31,267 nucleotides of DNA from a virus (Duplodnaviria > Caudoviricetes), in IMG/VR virus record IMGVR_UViG_3300042453_000526, positions 1-31,267 of that record; one strand, 5' to 3'. Position 1 is the first letter of the stretch; each line of letters starts with the position of its first letter. The notes beneath the pieces are model-generated. The model was not told the DNA's origin. It ran no database searches and saw only the letters and a list, made by a program, of their open reading frames with translations. The translations under genes and the position numbers were made by a program. This document shows, one piece after another, positions 11,600 to 20,166 of this stretch.

Positions 11600-12886
11600 T
11601 TATCCTTCTATTGACAATATATAGGGTGTCATTACTGCAAACAAACTTCTATTAAAATCATCACCCTCAATAGTGCCAGTCGCTCGAACTACTGATAATC
11701 CTGGACCTATTCTAAAATCACCTTTATGATCGGTGCTTGTGAAGTTCACACGCCCATAGTTTGTTTCACGAACTTCATTAGCGGGTATTGGTATACCACC
11801 GTATTGTGGTAATGCAGTTGCTGGATTAGTACCAGCTCCGACGTATTCAAAAGTATGAGCACTCGCACTAATTGTACTCACTTGATATCCTGTTGTAGCG
11901 GTTGAATTAGAAATAATATTTCCAGTATTAGTGCTAAATCTTGATGAAATATTTACATTCCATACATTACCATGTGTACCACCGTAATTAGCAGTAATAT
12001 TACTAAATGTAGTTATAAAATACATATTAGTATCACCTGCAAATAATATACCATTATTTGTTCTGGGCGGCGAAGTTACTTGCGCTATATTACAGCTAGT
12101 AGCTCCTACTTGAATATTTCCTAATACATTACCTGTAAATTGTTGATCAATGCCATCAGCCCACAGTCCATAATTACCAATACCATTGTCACTACCATTA
12201 AGTGTTAAGAAACTACCAGATTCAACTTTTATACCAACATCACAGCCAATGGTGTATAAATTAACTGATTGACTATATGCACGATTTTGCATTATTAAGC
12301 CATAACCGCCGCGATTTATACTAGTAATAAAACCTAAAATAAATGCTCTAGTGCTTATAACATTCAATGTTTTATTTGCATCTATTAATACTGTAGTTCC
12401 AGTTGTAGTAAAACTTGTTACATTCTGTATATATGGACTTACTGTAACTGGCTCAGAAATACCACCTGGTGGAAAACTAAAAGCTGCACCTAAATAATTT
12501 TGAACAGTTATGCCCCATATATAAGTTCCACCACGCATATAAAACATATCATTACTTGACGTACTAGGCTGCACAAAAACGCTACGAATAGTGTCTCCAG
12601 TTATTGCTACATTTGCTGGGACTTCAAATGGCATATCTTCGGTATAAACACCACTAGCTACTTTTATTGCGGTTCCTGACGTTGCCGCCTCACAAGCTGC
12701 TTTTATAGTTAATTTGGGTGTAGCTAAACTTTTACCATCATTCGCATCATTGCCATTTTTAGCAACATATAGTGTATTTGAAAACGTACTGTTGGCAACA
12801 GTCAAAACAGGACTATTGTTTGATAGTACCTGTGTTGCACTTAATGTGGCTATTTCTATTTCAGGATTTTTTACAGAACGTCCCAT
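11600..12886 (-). CDS. Pectin-lyase-like right-handed beta-helix protein (tailspike/depolymerase-like, 428 aa)
   Basis: N-terminal cap motif TLYVAKNGNDANDGKSLATPKLTIKAA...IKVASGVYTE...VAITGD, typical of parallel beta-helix proteins. Confidence 0.75.
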   Translation of the reverse strand: MGRSVKNPEIEIATLSATQVLSNNSPVLTVANSTFSNTLYVAKNGNDANDGKSLATPKLTIKAACEAATSGTAIKVASGVYTEDMPFEVPANVAITGDTIRSVFVQPSTSSNDMFYMRGGTYIWGITVQNYLGAAFSFPPGGISEPVTVSPYIQNVTSFTTTGTTVLIDANKTLNVISTRAFILGFITSINRGGYGLIMQNRAYSQSVNLYTIGCDVGIKVESGSFLTLNGSDNGIGNYGLWADGIDQQFTGNVLGNIQVGATSCNIAQVTSPPRTNNGILFAGDTNMYFITTFSNITANYGGTHGNVWNVNISSRFSTNTGNIISNSTATTGYQVSTISASAHTFEYVGAGTNPATALPQYGGIPIPANEVRETNYGRVNFTSTDHKGDFRIGPGLSVVRATGTIEGDDFNRSLFAVMTPYILSIEG

Positions 12887-12898
12887 GTTTAAATCACT

Positions 12899-13210
12899 TT
12901 ACACCGTTGTATATGTTAGAGTACAAGAAATAGTGTTATTTGCATTAGCATAACCGCAAAGTCTATCACCATTTTCTAAAAATATTCTTTCTCGATCCAT
13001 CACATATGTATCTCCAGCTACAACAAGAACATTACTATATAAAACATTTAAATTACCAGGTTGATTGCCACTAGGCACTGCCCACAAACTAAAGGTGGCA
13101 TTACTTGAAGTAGTATAGTTAGAAAAGTAAAAGGTCATTGCGGCGGTGGAATCACTACTAACATAAATGTTAGACGTAGTGGTAGTTAAATTTGCATTTT
13201 GTATTGACAT
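12899..13210 (-). CDS. Small beta-rich virion-associated protein (103 aa)
   Basis: Operon packing. The LTTT..IY...N....AT.S......V..GD......L..GD pattern is shared with the 110-aa ORF. Confidence 0.75.
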   Translation of the reverse strand: MSIQNANLTTTTSNIYVSSDSTAAMTFYFSNYTTSSNATFSLWAVPSGNQPGNLNVLYSNVLVVAGDTYVMDRERIFLENGDRLCGYANANNTISCTLTYTTV

Positions 13211-13215
13211 ATGAT

Positions 13216-13743
13216 TTATCCAAAAATTATTCCGTATTTTCTTATTTTAGTAGTCGTAACTAATTCATCGGAAGTTGAACCAGCATTTACATAAAGACCA
13301 CTACCACCGGCTCCAGCAGTATTGCCAGTAAGTACAACGTAACCTGCTTCACCCGTTGGCTGATTAGTTGTTTGATCAATTTTAATGTTGTAACTTGTAA
13401 GTATTGGTCCTATGTTACCAACTGAGTTATTCGCTACCCATTGACCAGAATACACACCAGATTCATACCAATATAATCCTATATTACTTACGTTTCCACG
13501 ATTGTTTTCAAATCCATTTATTCCAGTTCTTGGAGCATCTCCAGTAGTCAAGTCAGCATTTATTTGAAATATTTGTTTAGTAGTATCAAATGCTTGAACA
13601 TTCGCTGTATTACCAGTAACCTCAAGATTTCCAAAAATCTTTAGGGTATGGGTTAGTACATTGACGTTACCATCAGGATTGCCATCATTCTTAAATGTGT
13701 CAATGGTGTAATCACCCGTATTGATTCTCTTAGTTACACTCAT
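13216..13743 (-). CDS. Putative virion structural/fibre-type protein (175 aa)
   Basis: First gene after a late promoter. IFGNLEVTGNT fibre-like motif; G/N/T-rich. Confidence 0.7.
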   Translation of the reverse strand: MSVTKRINTGDYTIDTFKNDGNPDGNVNVLTHTLKIFGNLEVTGNTANVQAFDTTKQIFQINADLTTGDAPRTGINGFENNRGNVSNIGLYWYESGVYSGQWVANNSVGNIGPILTSYNIKIDQTTNQPTGEAGYVVLTGNTAGAGGSGLYVNAGSTSDELVTTTKIRKYGIIFG

Positions 13744-13762
13744 ACTGTTTCTCTATTTCTAG

Positions 13763-13769
13763 TATTTAG
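13763..13769 (-). promoter_or_regulatory. Late promoter (CTAAATA)
   Basis: TAAATA core 19 nt upstream of ATG 13743, just downstream of a terminator. Confidence 0.65.
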
Positions 13770-13792
13770 TCAAACTGAAATTTATTCTAAAA

Positions 13793-13822
13793 TGAAAAAA
13801 TGGGCATTATGCCCATTTTTCA
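13793..13822. terminator. Intrinsic terminator
   Basis: aaaaatgggca-tta-tgcccattttt inverted repeat. Confidence 0.85.
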
Positions 13823-13844
13823 AATATAAATGAGATTATTCATC

Positions 13845-14777
13845 TCATGCGTTTGCCACCTGCACAAACACATCACTAGGACTACTAAACCAATAACGAT
13901 ATCTGTTAGGATTATTTGCACCAGTGAATCCACCACCAGAGCTTGAGTGTGGTTCGCCATCGCTTAAAAAGTCCCATACGTATTTGTTAGAAATCTTACT
14001 TGCTAAGAACGTTACTGTACCAGCAGAAGCATTGGAAGCAAATGTTTGATCAGTTGATGTAACGATAGTCAAGTTGGTAGTTGTATTGATTTCACCAACT
14101 GTGAATGCACCTGATACGTTTGAATTTGTAAGGTTTACTGTTTGACCTACTTTAAATAAACTACCTGCGCCAGTGGTCCATGTTAGATATGCTGCTGTTC
14201 TATTTGTATAACCAGATATTGTACCAGCTCCTATATTTGCAATTGTGCCATCAGTAAAAGTTGCTGCTGTGCAAAGAATACTCATGGTATTTGCGTCAGT
14301 TGGAGTAGTTAAATTCACTAATGTGCAAGTACTAACATTCTGTACTGTTCCGTTATCAACAGTAGCTGCTGAACCATTAATAGTGGCAGTAAATATGTCG
14401 TTTGTATTCGCATTGGAACCTGCACCAAACTGTGACCAATCTGTGCCACTTACCGAACTAATTCTATATTCTTGCCCAGCGACGATATCTTCATCTTGTA
14501 CAGTATTTTCATCTGATACCAAAAATTTATGTGCACCTTTTTGTGCAAGTATGCTACCAGACGTAGCAGTTTCGCCACGTACCTTAACAGTGGGTTGTAT
14601 TGTTGGTATAGTTTGAGTTGTAAAACCACCTACACCACCTTCGTAATTACCACTACTTGATGCAGTGCCCGCACTATCTAATTTCTGATTATTTGCGTAG
14701 CTGTCCACTACTATAGTTGCGCCCGCTTCGTAACCAGCTCCGCCTGTTCTTGTATGTTGTATTTTTAACTTTGCCAT
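13845..14777 (-). CDS. Putative virion structural protein (310 aa; possibly head decoration)
   Basis: Strong SD (AAGGAAAG), its own late promoter and terminator, G/T/A/S-rich, next to the capsid gene. Confidence 0.7.
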   Translation of the reverse strand: MAKLKIQHTRTGGAGYEAGATIVVDSYANNQKLDSAGTASSSGNYEGGVGGFTTQTIPTIQPTVKVRGETATSGSILAQKGAHKFLVSDENTVQDEDIVAGQEYRISSVSGTDWSQFGAGSNANTNDIFTATINGSAATVDNGTVQNVSTCTLVNLTTPTDANTMSILCTAATFTDGTIANIGAGTISGYTNRTAAYLTWTTGAGSLFKVGQTVNLTNSNVSGAFTVGEINTTTNLTIVTSTDQTFASNASAGTVTFLASKISNKYVWDFLSDGEPHSSSGGGFTGANNPNRYRYWFSSPSDVFVQVANA

Positions 14778-14800
14778 TTTATTACTTTCCTTTAAATTGT

Positions 14801-14850
14801 TAGCGTTCTAGGCTACCCGGAGTGGCGCTCCGAGAGTTCAGTGAACACAT
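14801..14850 (-). promoter_or_regulatory. Structured 5' leader (possible pseudoknotted cis-regulatory RNA)
   Basis: GC-rich island between promoter and SD: CUCGGAG/CUCCGGG stem, UAGC/GCUA stem, and 5' GUGUUC complementary to GAACGC. Confidence 0.45.
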
Positions 14851-14851
14851 G

Positions 14852-14858
14852 TATTTAT
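14852..14858 (-). promoter_or_regulatory. Late promoter (ATAAATA)
   Basis: TAAATA core directly downstream of terminator 14869-14892 and upstream of the 310-aa gene. Confidence 0.65.
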
Positions 14859-14868
14859 CATTAAATGT

Positions 14869-14892
14869 AAAAAGGACACCCGAAGGTGTCCT
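14869..14892 (-). terminator. Intrinsic terminator with UUCG tetraloop
   Basis: Minus strand AGGACACC-UUCG-GGUGUCCU-UUUU. Confidence 0.9.
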
Positions 14893-14928
14893 AGTCTTCC
14901 CATCCCGATTGAAAATTTATACTTTTAT

Positions 14929-15684
14929 TTATCTCATCTTACAATTATCGCCATGCCAACGTGCATATCCATTAACTGCCACAAGTTTCTGACAATGTGG
15001 GCATAATTTCTTTTCTCTTTTTTTGCCTATATTTGCCATACCTCTAGCAATCTTTTCTTCTTCCGTTTGCTTTCTACCACGAATTTTATCGCCAATTTTT
15101 TTGCGAGTTTCCGCACTTATGTTACCATTAAATCCCGGTTGTTTACTTTTGTGATTTTTTGATAAATTTTCTAACCATTCATGACTAAAAGACTCTCGTT
15201 TTTTGCCAATTTTAGATTCTGATATTTTCTTTCGTGTTTCTGGACGTTTAGCAGCATTTTTATCACCAGATATTGCTTCTTTGTGTTTAAGATATCCTTC
15301 CTTGCTACGATAAAACTTATCGCCGTACATGGGATTTTTTTCTCCACTGTATCGTTGACTCTGAAGTTTTGAATATTCTTCTTTTAAATTGGAGTAAACT
15401 CTTGCTGTTATCTTCGTTGTATATCGTTTTTGTCTTGGATTTTCTGCTCGCATCATTCTGAATGCATTAACCATTTTCCAATGTTCTTCACCTTCAGTAT
15501 ATATTTTTGTCAATAGCCAGTGACATATAAAATGTTCTCTAGCCGTTAATCTCGTTAAATTCACGACATCATCTGATCCTCCTAAACTTTTAGGTAAAAT
15601 ATGATGCGTTTCGGTGTATTCGTGTGTGACCCTGTTTTGAGCGGATTCTGTGATATTTTTATACCATTTTTCGTATTTGTTCAT
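14929..15684 (-). CDS. Free-standing HNH homing endonuclease with NUMOD3 repeats and C-terminal zinc finger (Mob-like)
   Basis: HHILPKSLGGSDDVVNLTRLTAREHFICH HNH motif; ETRKKISESKIG and ETRKKIGDKIRG NUMOD3-type helices; CPHC...H...C at the C-terminus. Confidence 0.9.
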   Translation of the reverse strand: MNKYEKWYKNITESAQNRVTHEYTETHHILPKSLGGSDDVVNLTRLTAREHFICHWLLTKIYTEGEEHWKMVNAFRMMRAENPRQKRYTTKITARVYSNLKEEYSKLQSQRYSGEKNPMYGDKFYRSKEGYLKHKEAISGDKNAAKRPETRKKISESKIGKKRESFSHEWLENLSKNHKSKQPGFNGNISAETRKKIGDKIRGRKQTEEEKIARGMANIGKKREKKLCPHCQKLVAVNGYARWHGDNCKMR

Positions 15685-15689
15685 GTAAG

Positions 15690-15697
15690 TATTTATA
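15690..15697 (-). promoter_or_regulatory. Late promoter TATAAATA (exact T4 consensus)
   Basis: Ends 5 nt before the HNH ATG. Confidence 0.75.
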
Positions 15698-15711
15698 TTA
15701 GTAAGGTCTAC

Positions 15712-15740
15712 ATAATATAATACTATTAAGCTAAAGTCAA
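15712..15740 (-). promoter_or_regulatory. sigma70-type promoter TTGACT-N17-TATTAT
   Basis: -35 at 15740-15735 and -10 at 15717-15712, between the capsid terminator and the HNH gene. Confidence 0.55.
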
Positions 15741-15741
15741 T

Positions 15742-15764
15742 AAAAAACCCGCCGAAGCGGGTTT
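15742..15764 (-). terminator. Intrinsic terminator of the capsid operon (UUCG loop)
   Basis: Minus strand AAACCCGC-UUCG-GCGGGUUU-UUU. Confidence 0.9.
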
Positions 15765-15785
15765 ATTTTTACTATTTTGTAAAAA

Positions 15786-16970
15786 TTACTGGAAGCTCAA
15801 GTTAGCAACTGAGATTTCTGATAGATAATCTCCAGCATTGCCTAAAGAACTTGCAGTATTTGTCAATTCGACGTAGCCATACCTTGTCATAAATCCAACT
15901 ACTGGTTCAAAGGTACTTGGATCAAGTACTACTCCAGAACTCATTAGAGGAATGTATGGGCAATAGAATGCAGCAGCATCGGCCTCACTGGATCCCTTGT
16001 AACCAACTAATACAGCTTGTGTATCAGAAGCATAGCTGTCTACATAGATACGCATAGCACCGTTTAGTGTACCAACAAACTTAGTATTTGTTGGAGCTTC
16101 GAATGTACCTTCTGTGGTACGTGCGAATGCACTGGTTGTAGCACTCTGTAGAACAGTTAGTGCAGCAGGTGATACTACTGCCCAGTTACCTGCACCACGA
16201 CGAGTACGCTGAGCGATCAAGTTAGCAGCACGGTTAACTAGAACAGCTAGTGCAGCGTGTTCATCGCCAACGAATGTTGCGGTACCTGATACAGCAGCCT
16301 GATCATAGGCAAAATCTGTAGCTGATAGTGAACGTAGGGAACCAAGAACTTCTTGGTCGATTTCGACTGTGATTTCTTGAGCAAGTGCTGCCATGATTTC
16401 AGCTTCGATGTCAAGACCGTGCATGCTTTGGGCGTCTTGAGCAGCCTCAAATGTCCAACGTGCGCTTAGCTTACGTGTTTTAGCTTCAACAACTTGTTTC
16501 AAAATTTGAACGTTGATTTTACGTCCTGGTACACCTTCTAATGAAGATGTGCTAGCTGCACGACCGGTAGTTAAACTACCAGAATATGCAGTTGCGATCT
16601 TGAATGGGCTTAGTGCTTCGTCACCAGCGGTTGTGCTTGTGTCGAATGGACTTGGAGCGGTTGCGGTTGCTGTTTCAGCATAACGCACACGTAGTGTGTG
16701 AATTTGTGCAACTGGACCAGTCATTGGCTGAACACCAACGATTTCGTTAGCAATAACGGTTGGCATAACACGACGGATAACAGGTAGAATTACACGGTTT
16801 AGTGTTGCTACGTTACCAGCTGCGGTTGCACCAGCGGTTGCATTTTCAAGAAGATTTTTGCGAGTATTTTCTAATACAACGCCCATTGTGGTTCTACGAG
16901 AACCTTGTAGACCTTCTAACAGGGCTTCTTTAGTTTCGCCCCAACGGCCTTCTAGTAATACTTGTGTCAT
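15786..16970 (-). CDS. gp23: Major capsid protein, T4 gp23 family
   Basis: IRRVMP...IVGVQPMTGP, VEAKTRKLSARWTFEAAQD...HGLD, GYKGSSEADAAAFYCPYIP, FEPVVGFMTRYG motifs; strong SD. Confidence 0.97.
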   Translation of the reverse strand: MTQVLLEGRWGETKEALLEGLQGSRRTTMGVVLENTRKNLLENATAGATAAGNVATLNRVILPVIRRVMPTVIANEIVGVQPMTGPVAQIHTLRVRYAETATATAPSPFDTSTTAGDEALSPFKIATAYSGSLTTGRAASTSSLEGVPGRKINVQILKQVVEAKTRKLSARWTFEAAQDAQSMHGLDIEAEIMAALAQEITVEIDQEVLGSLRSLSATDFAYDQAAVSGTATFVGDEHAALAVLVNRAANLIAQRTRRGAGNWAVVSPAALTVLQSATTSAFARTTEGTFEAPTNTKFVGTLNGAMRIYVDSYASDTQAVLVGYKGSSEADAAAFYCPYIPLMSSGVVLDPSTFEPVVGFMTRYGYVELTNTASSLGNAGDYLSEISVANLSFQ

Positions 16971-16993
16971 TTTTCCTTTTTCCTTTTTAGGGT

Positions 16994-18100
16994 TTACTTA
17001 AGCCCTGCTAAACGTTTAATTTCGATGACATTATTATCACCGGTTTCAACGCTGACCTTAGCAGTTTTATCACCAGTTACTTCTGTACAACTTTCAACTA
17101 ACATCGTAGATTTCTCTACAGACTTAGTTGTACTAGAATGGTTGTTCAGAACAGCTGGAAGATACTTATCAAATGCAGACCTTAATTTTTCGGTCTGAAC
17201 ATTCTCTAATAGCTGCATCATAACGCCTTGCTTTTCTTTGTTTAATGGTTTAAGCAATTCGTTAAGAGTTTCTTTGCGCTCTTGTGATTCCTTTAGAATA
17301 CGAATTTCGCGTTCTTTGGATTCAATTAGTGTTGCTTTCTGATGCTCGGCTTTTTTAGCCTCTGCAATAATAGCTTCACGTTGTTTAACTGCTTTTTGCA
17401 ACTTAGCGATTTCTTTGTTCTCATTTAAGTGAGTAACGGCGAATTCAGTAGCAAAAGCTTCGAAAAGTTTACGTCCAAAATTGTTTTCTCTAGCAATTTG
17501 GATGTCTTCTTTCAATTGTGACATCTCAGCGGATAGATTTTTGGTTACAGATTCATTAACAAGACGAGCGGAACGTTGTACAAACTCTTTTTGTATGTTG
17601 GCAAGTTTTGACTTTGCCTCTCTGACGAGTTTAACTTTAGTTTCGACCAAATCTTTTTTGTCTTGATGAAACTCTTGAATTTCTTCAGATAAAGAACTTA
17701 TAACAAAATTTTCTAATTTGTTAATGTTCTGTTTCTGAGCGGCACGATCAGCACGTAGTTCTTTGATTTCTTCGGCTAGTTTTTTAACTAGGAATCTATC
17801 AAATTTTTTAGCGTTTTCAGACATCATTCTTGTAAAACGAACTCTATCTGCTGACAGTTGTGTTTTTTCTTCCACAAATTCACGAATTTCTTCTTGGAGA
17901 CCTTCTGTTACCATTTTGTCTATTGCTTCGACCATTACACTTCTATCGTGGTCATATTTACGAGCAAATTCTTCGCGTATTTCCGCACGAAGTTGTTGTC
18001 TCGCTTCATTCAACTTAGACTCCCAAGCTTCGCTTATTGCTGTCTTGGTTTCTTCGTTAATGATACCACTGTCTATTAATGGCTTGATAGCGTCAAACAT
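16994..18100 (-). CDS. gp22: Prohead core scaffolding protein, T4 gp22-like
   Basis: Long E/K-rich coiled coil between the protease and capsid genes; GRKLFEAF motif. Confidence 0.88.
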   Translation of the reverse strand: MFDAIKPLIDSGIINEETKTAISEAWESKLNEARQQLRAEIREEFARKYDHDRSVMVEAIDKMVTEGLQEEIREFVEEKTQLSADRVRFTRMMSENAKKFDRFLVKKLAEEIKELRADRAAQKQNINKLENFVISSLSEEIQEFHQDKKDLVETKVKLVREAKSKLANIQKEFVQRSARLVNESVTKNLSAEMSQLKEDIQIARENNFGRKLFEAFATEFAVTHLNENKEIAKLQKAVKQREAIIAEAKKAEHQKATLIESKEREIRILKESQERKETLNELLKPLNKEKQGVMMQLLENVQTEKLRSAFDKYLPAVLNNHSSTTKSVEKSTMLVESCTEVTGDKTAKVSVETGDNNVIEIKRLAGLK

Positions 18101-18114
18101 GTATCATTCTCCTG

Positions 18115-18750
18115 TTAAATTTTTAAGTCCGTAATGAGGCGTTTTACTTCCTCTGCCAAATATTTTTGGACTCTTACATTGGCATTTGCATCCTTAACCA
18201 TTTCTAATACTCTATGACCATGTCGCATGTTCATTAAGCCTTCATAAACTGGTTTAGGATATGCATTTGGGGCACTTGGTTGAGCTACTATATCAACCGT
18301 TACAATATCAAAATCACTTACATGACCCGTGCTTTCATTAACATTACCACTGCCTCTGCTGGATACGCCTAATTTAACACCTGATTCAAGCATAGTTGTT
18401 ACTAATTGTCCCATAGGAGTATTAAGTATTTTTAACTTGCCATAACCATTTGGTCCATCCATCCACATGTCAGTAATCATGTGACATACACGATCAAGAT
18501 TGATTTTTAGATCGTCAGGATGATCTAACTCACCAAGAACACTGTAACCGCCTTTAACTTGTTTTATTACACTTTCAACGGCTTTAGAAATTTCATCTAC
18601 GGGATAAACACGTTGATTGGCATTTTTGACACCACCCTGTACAAAAATGCCTTTCATGTATAAATTTTTACCCTTGCCGTCTGGAGCTGATTCAGTCATC
18701 AACTCCATTCTTGCACCGTCAAAGCTTAAATGTTCTTGTAGCAATAACAT
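18115..18750 (-). CDS. gp21: Prohead maturation protease, T4 gp21 family
   Basis: KNANQRVYP, LGELDHP, TPMG, LGVSSRGSG, DIVAQPSAPNAY motifs. Confidence 0.96.
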   Translation of the reverse strand: MLLLQEHLSFDGARMELMTESAPDGKGKNLYMKGIFVQGGVKNANQRVYPVDEISKAVESVIKQVKGGYSVLGELDHPDDLKINLDRVCHMITDMWMDGPNGYGKLKILNTPMGQLVTTMLESGVKLGVSSRGSGNVNESTGHVSDFDIVTVDIVAQPSAPNAYPKPVYEGLMNMRHGHRVLEMVKDANANVRVQKYLAEEVKRLITDLKI

Positions 18751-18761
18751 TGTTTATCTCT

Positions 18762-19814
18762 TTAGTGTCCTAACAAACTCTTTTTGTCTACACTCATAGA
18801 ACCTGCAGTGGTCTGACCTTCTTTGTCATGAGCTTTTGAGTATTCTTTGCCAGCACTAGTTTTGTAACCGGTTTTACCAGCATTGGCACCAGGACTATTT
18901 TGTACTTTACCAATTAGATCACCACCTTTTTTCAATAAACCACCTGGCTTATTACTTGGTGTTCCTTTTGGATCAGATTCTGAACCACCACGTGCGATAT
19001 TTTGTGTAGTACCACCCATGTCATTCTTGCCAGCAACTATACTTTTTGTATTGAGTGACGCAGAACCACCAGCACCTACTTCACCTGTTTCTGAATTTTT
19101 ACCAGGAAATGGCTCACCAATTTTTTCTACATATTCACGAATCCATTCAGCTTCGGTCATTTTCTTTTTAGCCTTGGCTTTCTTATCTTTGAGCATTTCT
19201 TCTTTTTTCATTTTTCTGGCTTCAGCTACACTACCCCTTGAGTCAGGTTGATCATAGTCTGGTACAACTTCTAAATTTTCTGCCATGTCATCTTCCATGT
19301 CCATGCCTGCGTCCATGTCCATGTCTGTATCCATGCTTGCGTCCATGTCGCCACCCATTTCATCGCCTTGACCCATTAATTCTTCAAATTCACGTTTTAG
19401 ATCATCTAATGAATCTTCTAGGTCCATGATACGATTTTCTAGATCCTCGTCACCCATGTCTTCTGAATCTTCTTCGTCGCCCATTTCCATGTCCATGTCT
19501 TCTGAATCTTCTTCGTCGTCCATTTCCATGTCCATGTCTTCTTCGTCTTCGGCATCCCCCATGTCCATGTCATCGTCGTCCATGCCTACACTGTCGTCAT
19601 CATCCTCTGCTTCAAGCATGCCATCTTCGTCAGCAGTGATTTCGTCAACTAAATCTTCTACTTCGTCGCCGCCGATTTCAGCTAAATCTTCTTCATCAAT
19701 TAATGACTCATAAATTTGGCGTGAACGTTCAACAACTAGTTGATGAAATAGTTCACGGGCTTTTTCATCTTGTTCATTAACAATATATTCAATTAACTTT
19801 TCGTATTTTGACAT
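18762..19814 (-). CDS. Acidic prohead core/internal protein (position of T4 gp67/gp68)
   Basis: Very Asp/Glu/Met-rich N-terminal half and Gly/Lys-rich C-terminal half; lies between portal and protease; SD AAGGA. Confidence 0.7.
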   Translation of the reverse strand: MSKYEKLIEYIVNEQDEKARELFHQLVVERSRQIYESLIDEEDLAEIGGDEVEDLVDEITADEDGMLEAEDDDDSVGMDDDDMDMGDAEDEEDMDMEMDDEEDSEDMDMEMGDEEDSEDMGDEDLENRIMDLEDSLDDLKREFEELMGQGDEMGGDMDASMDTDMDMDAGMDMEDDMAENLEVVPDYDQPDSRGSVAEARKMKKEEMLKDKKAKAKKKMTEAEWIREYVEKIGEPFPGKNSETGEVGAGGSASLNTKSIVAGKNDMGGTTQNIARGGSESDPKGTPSNKPGGLLKKGGDLIGKVQNSPGANAGKTGYKTSAGKEYSKAHDKEGQTTAGSMSVDKKSLLGH

Positions 19815-19852
19815 TTTTTATTCCTTTATAAAAATATCCAATTGAGTATAAT

Positions 19853-19859
19853 TATTTAA
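19853..19859 (-). promoter_or_regulatory. Late promoter (TTAAATA)
   Basis: TAAATA core just downstream of a terminator, heading the core-protease-scaffold-capsid operon. Confidence 0.55.
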
Positions 19860-19868
19860 GTTAATAAT

Positions 19869-19897
19869 AAAAAAAGTGCTCATTATGAGCACTTTTT
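19869..19897. terminator. Intrinsic terminator
   Basis: aaaaagtgctca-tta-tgagcacttttt inverted repeat. Confidence 0.85.
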
Positions 19898-19921
19898 GAC
19901 AATTTTATGTGTATATATTAA

Positions 19922-20155
19922 TTATATGCCTGGCAAACCGCCACCAGCTGCGGCGGGTGGTTTATATTGAGTTGATAATTTTTCTAACTTCAACTCATGT
20001 TCAAGTTTTCTAGTATCGTTCATTTTTCTTAACTTACTAATACGATCTAATGTTAATCGTAATTTTCTAGTATCTGACAACTTTATAGAAGTATTGTCTT
20101 CTTTCTCTGAACGATAACCACTTGGTGTGGGCTCTAATAATTCCATTAAATTCAT
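19922..20155 (-). CDS. Small head-module protein downstream of portal (hypothetical)
   Basis: The ORF track starts at GTG 20170. I prefer ATG 20155 because ATAAATA (20167-20161) ends 5 nt upstream of it. DTRKLRLTLDRISKLRKM basic helix. Confidence 0.7.
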   Translation of the reverse strand: MNLMELLEPTPSGYRSEKEDNTSIKLSDTRKLRLTLDRISKLRKMNDTRKLEHELKLEKLSTQYKPPAAAGGGLPGI

Positions 20156-20166
20156 AAATTTATTTA

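Noticed and set aside
14893-14928. Possible remnant of the gp23 3' end after the HNH gene (AAT TTT CAA vs AGC TTC CAG)
   Set aside because: The match is too short to support a target duplication.
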